64,000 bases of DNA from Phoronis australis (lineage: Eukaryota > Animalia > Phoronida), in the NCBI GenBank assembly GCA_002633005.1, contig NMRA01000028.1, positions 604,535 to 668,534 on the forward strand, given 5' to 3'. The translations under genes and the position numbers were made by a program. Positions 15,201 to 26,620 of this stretch are shown in pieces (the first letter of the stretch is position 1; each line of letters begins with the position of its first letter). A model generated the notes under the pieces. That model had not been told where the DNA came from and made no database searches. It worked only from the letters and a program-made list of their open reading frames with translations.

Positions 15201-18200
15201 CCGTTTGCAGGATCTTTACTAATTTTAAGAAATGTGTTTATGATGTTGACAATGGACGACGATGATTTTGGGATAGATCTGACTACTGGTATGCCCTCTG
15301 GTGGCAATTTTAGTTTTACGTTTACCTCAGATATTTTCAAAGGTCCTCAACAGATTTCATAAAATTTTGAATACGGGCATCTTTTGGCGAGATGACGCTA
15401 TCCTCCCGTTTTCGGATGGAATCAAGGTACCTTGCGCCAGCTGATGGCCATTTTTGCTGTTTTCGAGTCTGTTTTTTGGTGTTTGCCTCTCTATCAACCA
15501 AATCATTCTAAGAATGGTTTTGAAAATTGGCGTATATGTGCTCAGTGTGAAGAGGACGGTTGATGATGACGACTTTGACTACTCTGGCGCCACCTAGTGA
15601 TAGTTTTGTTTTGTTTTGCACCCATACCTGTATCTCCTAAACTCACTGCAGGATCTTTATTAAATTTAAGTAAGTGTATTTATATGAAGCTAACAACAGA
15701 CATTGACGACTTTCAGGCGGATCCAACGAACACTGTGCCCCCTAGTGGCAATTTCATTTTATTCTGTTTTCCTTTGTTTCTCTGAAGTTCCGTGACGGAC
15801 TTCTATGAAATTTGGTGTATAGCTTTCTATTAAGGAAGCAATGACATGTTCCCGTTTTCAGATGAATTGTATGTTTTTGTGCCATCTAGTGGCCATTTTT
15901 ATGACACAAATAAGCAACCCTATAAGCACACCATTTGCGATGCATTCGTGGGCGCATTTCAACGCTCCGCGTTGCTCTTGTTGGATGAATTTGACCTATT
16001 GTAAGCCAGCTGGTGGCCTTTTCATTATTTTTGATGTTGGCCTCTCAATTTGCCAAACCTCTAATATGATTGCCGTGTAAACTGGCATGTGTTCCTGTCC
16101 CTTTTGATAATTTTGGACAGGTCTGAGAACTGTGATACCACCTAGTTAGTGGCGGTTTTATTTTTTTGCCTGTGGCTCAATATCTACCCCTAATCCCTTT
16201 ATGGGTCGCCATGAAATACAGTATGTATTCCTATTGAGGATAGTACAGCTGGCACCTATTGTTGGGACGACTCTGACTACTGTGGAGTGGAAACCTTGGT
16301 TTTCTTTGTGTTAATTTCGATATTTCTTAATTGGTACATGTTCATCAAATTGGGCAAATATGTTACTATTCTGGAGACAATGACTCCTACCCGATTCAAG
16401 TTGGGTGCACCAAAAAACTGTGCCCCCTAGTGGTCTTTTATGTCTTGTTCATCTTCCACCTGGCTACATTGTCAGACTGCTTACAGATGTGTTTATGTTG
16501 AGGAGAGCCTTGCTTCCTTCTTTGCACTCCCTGGAGTCTTGTGTGTGTTTTAACTAGTAGTGCTTCTTTTGGTGCGAAGTACTGATCATCACTGTGTACA
16601 ACTCACTCAGCGGACACATATCGGCACTGTGTGTTGCAGTTGTTAGTAAAACCAATGTAAAAAATGTTTGCTTTCCCTTTTAATTCCATTTTAGTTAATA
16701 GTCAATTGAGCTATTTGAGGATCATGTCCTGCAAGGAACTATTTCCCTAAGAACTGTGCAATTCCTAGTAAATTGTTGTCTTTTGTAGGCAGTACATGTG
16801 ATGATATGAGTCTTACTCAGGCCAAAAGGTGGAGTGCTGCCGAGGACATGGTTGGCAGGATGACTACGTTTTATGAGGTGGGTAGTGTAGAGCAATGTTT
16901 GGATCTAGTAGTGATGTTGTTAGTGGATGTTTATACATCCTGTTACTTGTGTTGATCGGACCCTGAAGTCTCGAGTTTAAACACAAGTTTTGGGTTCGAG
17001 GTTGGCTTCATGTATTTTGTTATTGTTCCACATTAATGTTGATGTGAATTCGTACAATGTGAAAACCCCACTATATGTTCCTTATTGTCACATTAATGTT
17101 GATGTGAATTCGTACAATGTGAAAACCCCACTATATGTTCCTTATTGTCACATTAATGTTGNTTTTCACTAATTCCCATGCTCGACTAACTGTCCACCCA
17201 ATTATCCATGTGCTTGATTGCATATTTAAATATTTTGTTCATTCATCGGCTGATTATGACACTGGATTAGTCTTTAAAACACATCAGCTGTGTTAGTTAA
17301 AGTTCTGTAGGAACCTCAAAAGTGGCCAAATTTGACTTATTTCTGAACGTCACATCTCAGAACTGGATGATCAGATTCACATGAAACTTTCACATCCCAT
17401 GCTATACACTGGTCTCCGAATGGTTGTTAGGAATTCTTTTTCCACTTTTGCATGAGGGCTCTCAAAAATAAGACAAAACTAAAATGATAATATAGAAAAC
17501 TGTTACAGGTTTTTAAAGACTTCATTTTGAACATTTATATCGAAGAAACTTTGATACTGTTATTGATACCTTTGTTTTGCCATGGATGTGCCTTTCTTAT
17601 TTTTGTAAATTTTACTAAAACGACATGGTCACGTGGTCCAGTTAATACAAGATTGGTATGGAGTCAAAAATCAAATTCTACACCCTTTCTACTTTCAGAA
17701 GATATTTATGCATAATTTTGCTGAGTTAAAATTTATTATAGTTTTGTAAATAATTGGCTTAATACACCAAGTCTGTATAGTCCTGCTCCAAGTCAGTATA
17801 GTCCTACACCAAGTCTGCATATTCCTACACTAAGTCAGTATAGTCCTACACCAAGTCTGCATATTCCTACACTAAGTCTGTATAGTCCTGCACCAAGTCA
17901 GTATAGTCCTACACCAAGTCTGCATATTCCTACACTAAGTCAGTATAGTCCTACACCAAGTCTGCATATTCCTACACTAAGTCTGTATAGTCCTGCACCA
18001 AGTCAGTATAGTCCTATGTAATGTTAAGACATGTCGCACACTCACTGAGAGGTACCATCATTTTATCTCATACAGATTAATTCGTTGACCTACGCTGAAG
18101 CATTGTGGGATCACGTGACGATGGACCAGGAGGAGTTAGGGTTCCGCGCTGGTGACGTGATCGAGGTGATCAACATGGCTGACAAGGACTGGTGGTGGGG

Positions 18201-21200
18201 TGTAGTGGAGGGTCTGCAGGGTTGGTTCCCAGCTGCCTTTGTTAGGGTGAGTTGTTTTGAGGTGTTGGCTGAGGGTGACAGGCCTTTTGAGCCGTATGTA
18301 AATGATTGATAATGTGCTTACTCAAATGAATAATTTTCTTGGAAATAAATTTTATGTCAAGGGCATGAATAAACCTTGAAAATGTCAAAATTTGATAAAT
18401 TGCTAAGCATCACACATAGGAATCTTAATCTAAGAAAATTTCCATGTGATTTATGCTCTGTTCTTCTAAACATTCTAGACATTCTCATATATGAATTTTT
18501 ACTTTGGCTAACTATGCAGATTTGCTCATAAGATTACTTGTCAGGGTAATTTTAGTGTCTTCAGTATTTAGATTTTATATAGAAAATTATGGGTGAAATT
18601 GACAGGGATTGGACAAGCTCATTAATTAGATGGTTGTTTTGCTGTTCTTGTTACTAATTTTTTAAACATCACTTTCAACACAATTAACTTGTTTTTCCTT
18701 ATTAAATGTCAAGATTCAACAAACAATAGCTGGACACAAAATTGATGACTGTTTTTGACATTGCCTGTCATGTTCATTGTACTGACAGGTGTGATTAACA
18801 GTGTTCAGGTGTGACAGCAGATCAGAGCTGCCAGAATTAACTCAGTAGACCATTCAGGGAGTAAACCCTGGGAATGGTAATCTGTGATAATCCTTTCTAT
18901 TGTGTTGTCAGTATGGACTAGGACACAGACTCTTTGTAGACATACCTGTTTATGCCAGTATGGGCTGGGGCATAGACCCTGTGTAGACATATCATGTTTA
19001 TGTTAGTAACAAGAGAAGACTGAGACGACAAGGACTCGATGTTCTGAGTCTGGACATTTGTTAAATTTATTCTATTCATTTTTTTATTAAAAATACACGT
19101 CATGTTCTGTTTTGGTTTTTATCAGTTGCGTGCTAATCAAGAGGACACCGCGGAGGAGTTTGTGCAGAGGGTGAAAGATGGCGCTGTCGACACACAGACG
19201 GTGATGAGGCGGTACAGTGTGAGTTTTGTCAGCAAAGATCAGGCGCGGACAAATGTGGTGAGGGAGATCCTGCAGGCTGAACGGGACTATGTGAAGCAAC
19301 TCAATGATGTTGTGGAGGTACGTGGGCCGTGTTTGCTGGTGATTGGCCCAACTTGTCAAACACTCAAACTTACATCAAACGGGGAAGTTTTGAGCATGTT
19401 TGACTTGTGTGTGCAAAATCTTGATAGCTAATTCTAATTGTAAAGTGCTTAGCTTAGGCAGCTGTAGTAGAAGCTTGGGGATTATTGTATTTTGTGAAGC
19501 GTAATGATCTGAATATTTTATTAAACTTTTTTGTCTTGAGTTTGGTTGTTTCCTTACTTCAACAAATGTTGTTTGATATTGGCGTGACATGGAGCACAAA
19601 TCAGTCTTGTGTATGATGACACCAGCTGCTAGACTATAAATGTGCCAGTTTTGTTTACCTCACTATGGAGTGTTCAGTTTGAATGCTGTATCGAGAAACC
19701 TGCATCCTGAAAAGAAAATATTTACTTTGAGCTTTATTGCACAAAGTGATTGGTACCTGCGTTAAGTTTTCATAGCTGTTTTTGTATTTCAGGGTTACTT
19801 GTCCCAAGCTAGGAACAGGCCGGCCATGTTTTCTCCCGAGTCTATTTTTACCATATTTGGTAATATTGAGGAGCTACGTGATAGCAGCCAAGAGTTCCTG
19901 TACAAACTGGAGAAATGTATCGACCACAGCCACCTTCACCTGAGTGAGATAGGACAGTGCTTCCTTAGCCATGTAAGTACTCTGGCAGAACTATGCAATG
20001 GTACAGTAAACTGCTATTTCTGGGTGTAATGTCTGTTAGGCAAGCTTTCTGCCATCACTTTTAATGTAAATGTAGAGACTTGGTTCATTTGATGTCATGA
20101 ACAGTGTCCGTTAAGTGGTATAGACTTTATTGTACCACGGTGTTACCTGTTTATGTATGACTGTGTTGCATTTCAGCCTGTGTACATTAAGTGCAGTTAA
20201 AGCCACTTGTTTGCATACCTCTTACTAGTGATTGTTCTCTACATCCAAGGCTATATTCCCACTGTGTGACGAGCAGACCTGTTCTTTGTAATGCAATCAT
20301 CTGGCCCTCTAGGGTTAGAAGAATAAGTCGCAGGTTTCAAATTTGAAAATGTTATTTTGTGCGCCTGAACTGTGGAGCTAATATTCCGGTGACATTTTGA
20401 TAATTACAGAGCAGTAACTTTGAGCTGTATTCAGACTACTGCAATAACCAGCCTGCTGCCTGTGAAGAGCTGGGCAAACTACAACAGCAGGATAAATACA
20501 AACACTTCTTTGAGGTATGTAGTCCCTTTTTAACATGGTTATGTGGGTGAGTTTAATAGCATCTGACTATTTTAACGATTGTGCTTCAGTGAGTTGCCAT
20601 TTAGAATGTAATCCAACGGGTAAGTTCATTCTTCTGGTCTGAAATTTTAGGCTTATTGTATGTTTTGTAGAAGCTAACTGCAAAATTGTTTCATACTTGC
20701 TGGTTTTAAGCATATGAAAATGAGAACATCTGACCTAAATGAATACAAATTTTACGTAAACAAACGAGCAGAATTTTGAATCAGAGTATTAATTGTAACG
20801 TGAATGATACTGCTGTATGGGTTGTATAATGTTTTTGTGCTGAATGTTTTTGTTCGTGACTAGATTTACAGTTACCAATTGTGACTCCTGTATCATATTT
20901 AACCCAGTTTCTTTCCCTCCACCAGGCTTGCCGGCTATTACAACAAATGATCGACATCCCCCTGGAGGGTTTCCTGCTCACTCCCATTCAGAAGATCTGC
21001 AAGTATCCCCTGCAGCTGGCTGAGCTGCTCAAGTATACCCACCCCCAGCATAGAGACTATATTCACCTGGAGAGGGCGCTAGTGAAGATGAAGAAAATGG
21101 CCATCTTCATCAACGAGCGGAAACGACGGATGGAGAGCATTGAGAAGATAGCCGCCTGGCAGTCAACTGTTGAGGGGTGGGAGGTGAGAGTGTGCTCACC

Positions 21201-24200
21201 ACTTTGGGGTTAATTCTAATCAATTTGCTGTACTTTGAATGTTCACCCAAATCTCATGAATTGAGTGCAAGATTTTTCAATGATCTATTGATAACCATTT
21301 AACGCAGTAAGAAAACCAATGAAAATATGTTTAGATGATATGCAACTGTGACCAGCTAGCTTTATCCAAAACTTGACTTTGAAATCAACCAGTCACATTG
21401 TGTGCAATTTGAAAGTTTGCTTGGTGTGTGTTTCACGCTTGGTCAAGTTTTTAGTTGAGTCTCTAGTTAGTTTGTTGGTCACAGGCTCTGGTTTACAGCT
21501 TTGATCTAAGTATGAGAAATACAAATGATCCCCTCCTGACACAGCTTGGATCAACCTCAGTCCCACCTTAGTGTGTTCATGCTTAACATGTATATCTGGT
21601 GAGTTAACCTTTCTGATACATGAACATTGTAGTGTAGTCTCCTTGCATGTTTAGGTCAACTTGTATTTGTAGGGTGCTGATCTCTTAGACACAAGTAGCC
21701 AACTGATACACAGTGGAGATCTGAGTAAAGTCACCTCCAATGGATGGTCCCAGGAGAGGATTGTTTTCCTGTTTGATCATCTCCTAGTTTATTGTAAAAA
21801 GGTAAGCGTACCTGGAAGGTGGTGTGAATATAATTGATGTTTATTTGTATGTTGTGTAAAAGGCCACCAGCCCACATATGCAATTATACAATACATTACA
21901 AAAATTCACATGTCTACATTGATTGTCCTGCTACCTGCTGCTAACAATTACTCATTGAGCTAAATATAATTTATCACATTTTAGCGTGGCATTTTCTAAA
22001 GTTAAGTTCACAGTTCATGCTTACAATCTTGAAAGTTGTTAGACCGCAATACATGAACCACCAACTTCGTATTCTTGCAAGAATCATGCTCGTAATTTTT
22101 GCGCAAAAGATATAACAAAATGAAAACTTGTTCACGTCAGGCTTTCTGCAGACATCGTCATCATGGCAACAAGTAGAGTCAATTACCAATTGATTACAAT
22201 AGATAGCAAACTACTAGCAAATTAGTGAGACCTTATCCATGACCTTGTAACAGTGTTAAAGTGAGTTCACCCAATGCAGTAAACTTGCAATGTTATTTTG
22301 TTTTAATCATGTCTTTCAAAAGATTGATGATTGGTTACGTGATCGTTTTGGTTTACTTCCAGGATTTGTTAAAAAGAGGTAGCTTATACTTCAAAGGCAG
22401 GGTCAATATGGATACCTGTGATGTGATATCAATAGAAGACGGGCGAGGTGAGTAGTTGAAACAATCGGATGATAGCTTTATTCTGTATTACAGCTGTTTT
22501 GATGTGAGTAATTGTGGGTACGCTGCGCATTCTCAACTACAAAAGTTTCAATAAACATGCACATTAAAAAATTATGACAGAAATAAGTTAACCTGGTACT
22601 CAGGACTTCTATGCTATGTTGCGTCCTCGCCATGCATTTCAGTTTTTTCATATTTGTAAAATCCTCAAGTAGTGGTGGTCTAAAAACAGTAGATATTTCC
22701 ATTCAGTTGGCCTCTGGTGTAACAAAAGGTTAAGCAGTGCTCGCCCTTTCACTGGCTGTTTCAAAAATGACAGACCAGGACTCCGTGCTTAATCTCCGCA
22801 CTAGAATCCAAATAATATTTGACATTTTTGTTTTTCAGTACAAACTTCAGTTATTAAGCATATGTTTTTGTAGATGAATGTTTCATCTTAGTTCCCACTT
22901 GGTGAGCCTGGCATTAAGGCTGCAGTTTCAAGTTGGAACTCAGAACCTCAAAATGTAAACTTAAGTTGGTAGCATAAATGTAAGGAAAAGTAATATGACC
23001 TATAAGTTGCATACAAATTAAACCCCACTCACCCCGATAACCTGCCGACAGCACATTACTACACCCTTTGTGTTTAGAATGCAATAAACCTAATCTGATG
23101 GAAATAATTACCAGGTGCACTACATTCTAATTAAGGGGCACTTGAAATCCCTTTATCAATACCTTGTTGGTGCCAGAGTTCTTTTGATGTCCTAAGAGAC
23201 TGTAAAGTATCTCATCTAGACTAGTCTTGGTGTAGCAAGGTCCTTAAACGCTATTCCCATTTCGTGAATCTTTGTTAACTGTGATGTACTCGAGCACTCA
23301 ACCTTGTCTGTGTGTCTGTTGGTCTCCACTAGTTAACACATGTCTGTGCTTGTAGACGCAGACTTTGGTGCTAGTGTGAGGAATGCTGTCAAATTGCACG
23401 ACCGTGAGAAAGACAAGTGGTATCTGCTGCACGCAAAGACGTCGTCGGAGAAACACAAATGGCTGGCAGCATTTGAACGTGAAAGGCGATGTGTACAAGA
23501 GGATATGGAGAGTGGTAAGGGGGTGTGCTTAGTGGGGAAGGAGTGCAGACACTGGCAAAAATAGAAGTTCAAGTAGTACATAGATTTGATTCTTAAAAAT
23601 TAGGTTCTTTGTCATTACTGGTACTATTACAGCTGGGTATTGTGTCAACTTGTACCCTTGAGATTACAATCTTCTGGGGGGCAATATGCATGATGTTTGT
23701 GCATAAATTTCATAATCTTAAATTTGTTTTTCTGCAGGGTTGAAGTTACCCAAAGTGTCAAAAATGCTTACAACATCTCTGCCAGAGAAGCCAAAAGGTG
23801 ACTTGACTTATATATGTTATGGTACTATATAATACGATAATAGTCTAATATAATGTGCCCACGTTTTGAGAACCAGTTTTGTCCACTGAATAACTGGCAT
23901 CAACTGGTTCTCTAAATACGGGCACATTACATCAGACTATTGCTATATAATACTACAGTGGTATTATTTTCATGGTTTCAGTAACAAGTTTCTTTGACAG
24001 ACATAGTTTGGCTGAAAATTTTGTCATCGTTGTTGTGTGGAGAACTCTTTAAGGTTGTTAGGCATCACAAAGCATCTGCGTTTACTGGTCTTGTTATTGT
24101 TTACAGCATTTCTGTATTGGAACATGTGCAATCAGAATATCAAATAGCAGAACAGTCAAGTATTTCAAATCTTTCTATTTGTCTGCCACTTGACATTAAA

Positions 24201-24491
24201 ACTGGAGAATACTCAAAATATATCCCATGCACCGAAAAATCGTGGAAAATGAAAAAAAGTGTGATTTTGCAATAAGTGAAGAATTATGATCTCTTTATGT
24301 TTCAAGGTAAAAATATAAAGGGTCACCGCAATACATACTCCAACAAGAGCTGTGAGAGTCCTGCCAATGCTCCTGTCTCTGTTCCTGTCCGCTCTGTTAC
24401 GTTACCTCGGGCCATCTCAAGTCAAGACTATAACAACAAGCATAAGAAACAGAACTGGTTCAACTTTGGTTGGAAAAAGTCAAAGAAATGA
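3243..24491 (+). CDS. ARHGEF4/ARHGEF9/SPATA13: Asef/collybistin-family Rho GEF (SH3-DH-PH), pro-orthologue of ARHGEF4/ARHGEF9/SPATA13; 15 coding exons
   Basis: Phase-consistent GT-AG exons: 3243-3896, 7531-7660, 8799-8878, 12508-12670, 16789-16877, 18076-18246 (SH3: [39 protein letters not shown]), 19126-19317 ([24 protein letters not shown]), 19793-19972, 20410-20514 ([10 protein letters not shown]), 20926-21183 ([41 protein letters not shown]), 21673-21801, 22363-22447, 23356-23514 (PH), 23738-23797, 24307-24491. The core is family-diagnostic. The first five low-complexity exons rest only on splice signals and phase continuity. Confidence 0.9.
3952..6335 (+). mobile_element. Non-autonomous DNA transposon, Sola2-like (GGG termini, 4-bp TSD)
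   Basis: Ends GGGCAATTC...GAATTGCCC with AGAA on both flanks; internal ccgtcac motifs; related shorter inverted copy at 33205-33938. Superfamily inferred from termini and TSD only. Confidence 0.7.
8631..8782 (+). repeat. ~48-bp tandem repeat x3 abutting the GEF exon 3 acceptor
   Basis: gttagcccacagtggatacactggaacatggagtggttagtgaa repeated. Confidence 0.9.
14217..15982 (+). mobile_element. Helentron-associated non-autonomous element (HINE/DINE-1-like) with an internal satellite
   Basis: 5' TTTTATGCACCCACA..TGTGGATGCAT hairpin, then (GTCC)n; ~145-bp tandem units; 3' subterminal IR GTGGGCGCAT, stem-loop CAACGCTCCGCGTTG and CTCTTGTT end. More degenerate units continue to ~16440. Confidence 0.75.
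17029..17161 (+). repeat. 60-bp perfect tandem repeat ending at an N
   Basis: cacattaatgttgatgtgaattcgtacaatgtgaaaaccccactatatgttccttattgt x2.2. Confidence 0.9.
17763..18016 (+). repeat. 21-bp minisatellite (~12 copies) ending ~60 nt before the SH3 exon
   Basis: (TACACCAAGTCWGYATAKTCC)n. Confidence 0.95.
18076..23514 (+). CDS. SH3-DH-PH core exons of the Asef/collybistin-like GEF
   Basis: Motifs [33 protein letters not shown] and [13 protein letters not shown] match the ARHGEF4/9/SPATA13 family. Confidence 0.95.
23836..23944. mobile_element. ~110-bp hairpin MITE (MULE-like, 9-10-bp TSD)
   Basis: Arms aatagtctaatataatgtgccc..gagaaccagtt / aactggttctc..gggcacattacatcagactatt; (t)atataatac on both flanks; diverged relative at ~35420-35528. 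Confidence 0.6.
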
Positions 24492-25374
24492 CTATCTGGT
24501 GCCGTACTTGTAAAAATACTGGGTACAAGAGCTAACTTGAATACATTAAAATTTTAAAACGTAGTGCATGAAAATCCCAGTATTAGAATGGTGCTCAGCA
24601 ATCAGGATTCTAATTAATAGTATGTCTATTCCAGTGTAATAACGCCTTTCACAGTTATCACCACATTCACTAGTGTACATTTGTGCATCCTCCCTACTAA
24701 AAGAGACCAAATAATGTGTTTTTAGTTGAAAACAGTGGAAATGAAAAGATATTTTATTGATTTTGAATTTTCACTGTATTCTAGTCAATCGTTTTTTCGT
24801 CATTGCAAAAATGTACAGATGTTCCTGGAATGTACTCAGAATTATGGCGACATAAAGTTTTTGAGTGTTTTATCAGACTTGTTAACAATGTGAAAAATAA
24901 TAGACAAGAAATTTAATATTTTCTATTTGCATCGCCATTTTGTGATGTCAAAGCCATACACTAAGAGCAATCTCCGAACCCTCCCTCCATCTCTGAATTG
25001 AAGCATACTTTTTGCACACTCATGAAAGTAGCTCTAGAGCAAATTCTTGTAAAACTGTCACCAGTATTACATTCACTCATCTCTGCACACAAGTTATTAC
25101 ACTCTGCATTTGTAAAGATCATATCCTATTTATACATACTTAAATTACTACATCTACACTTGCCATTAGTTATCAATATATTATCAGTTGTTTACTCAAA
25201 TTTACCTTATGACAGAATATTCTATTTGACAAAGTCATCCAATGTACCTAAGGATAGATTTATAAGAGAACAAACTAGTTTACTGGACTGTTAACTTTAG
25301 TAATATGTTTGTGATTTGTGCATTCCACACACTGTGCTTGTCGCTGCTTTTTCAACTATGAACAATATTTATGT

Positions 25375-25380
25375 AATAAA
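25375..25380 (+). terminator. Candidate poly(A) signal of the GEF gene
   Basis: AATAAA ~880 nt after the stop codon, followed by T-rich sequence. Confidence 0.45.
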
Positions 25381-26372
25381 GTACTTGTTACTTTTTCAAC
25401 AGTTTTCATTTGCTCACAACCACAGTGTTTCCTGTTGTCAATAGACGGAAATTCTGTCAACAAAATATAATGTCTTTGAAAGTATAAAATTTTTCAAGAA
25501 TTGTGACTTGAGTGTATCCTGATTATTTGCCGGGTTTTCTCAGTAAAAGAAAACACGGTAATTGAATGTCTATTTTTTTAGCACGGCTGAGGACTGCGTA
25601 TAATGAACTTACAGTGAGTGTGTACTGAACGGAAACGCACACACGTGTACACGCATGGGTACCAATCCACGAGCAGGACTTTGGATGAACAATATCTTTG
25701 CATATTTGACGATCGCTTTCTATTCAAAAGTTTAAAATGCCTGCACTTGACCGTACTATGCTAGCAATTAAACCACGCCAGTCCCCTCCCCGTGCTTGCG
25801 ATGCCACCATATTTTGTGTACCAAGTCTCCCACGTCCGCCCTAGGTTGGGACACAGCGGCTGATTTAGGGGAGGCATGGCCCCTCTAAAATTCTCCCAGA
25901 TTCCATTTGGCAGTTCGGGGGTGCGAATTTCTGACGGCTAAAACAATGGCTAATACTCTGCCCTCCCCCACCTCAACTTAAAATCCTGGTTCCGCCCTTG
26001 GGACAATCCCTGGAATCCAGCCATCAAGAGTTGAGTAACCGTGAACCAACACGGAGATTAAGAATGGGCCTAAGACCAGTATACTGACCGGTAGCGAGGA
26101 GCTGCCTCAAGTAGCTATAGCTGAGATCTAACTGAAAATACGAAATTCCCGATAAACTAAAGCTTGTTGCTGGCCAGGTAATCTGCGTTCGCTCTAAGGT
26201 CAAGATTCCTTATATTGTGCTCCAGTTTTATTTTGGTCATTCTTTGAAAGAGCTTTTTTCGAAAAGGTGAGGTGCCGAAATCCCTGGTATAGTGCCTTTG
26301 GGGCTGTTTCAAAATCCCTCGTTGAAACACTGATTACCGGTATGAATCTAGTTTCTGGTGGCTGGGGAGAAT

Positions 26373-26620
26373 GATACAGAGTATGTCCTAAAAATGTACA
26401 CAATTCAACGCCTGGAGTTCAAATTCAGTTTCCGTGGATCACTGAGATTCTGCGCGGGCCTACTGCATGGTCAAATCTTATTTTTAACGTGGGTGCGTCA
26501 GTCATGACGTGCATGACGGGAATCTGGTCAAGCAAACAATTCAGTTTTGAAAAACAAAAATTCATTGCTCAATACTACTGGAAACTAAAACACCAAGAAA
26601 GTGCAAAGACAACCTTCCCA
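26373..26620 (+). mobile_element. Degenerate Tc1/mariner-like 5' fragment
   Basis: TA-CAGAGTATGTCCTAAAAATGTACAC terminus, then a frame reading KQFSFEKQKFIAQYYWK that resembles the DUF4817-type N-terminal HTH (recalled from memory). Confidence 0.4.

Noticed and set aside
14488-15785. Cluster of 60-114-aa ORFs, with similar ORFs at 57354-58315
   Set aside because: They arise from HINE satellite units; frames are not conserved and no domain is recognisable.
17763-18016. Regular short repeats resembling a CRISPR array (also 39267, 59290)
   Set aside because: Head-to-tail units without unique spacers, no cas genes, and a eukaryotic intronic context.
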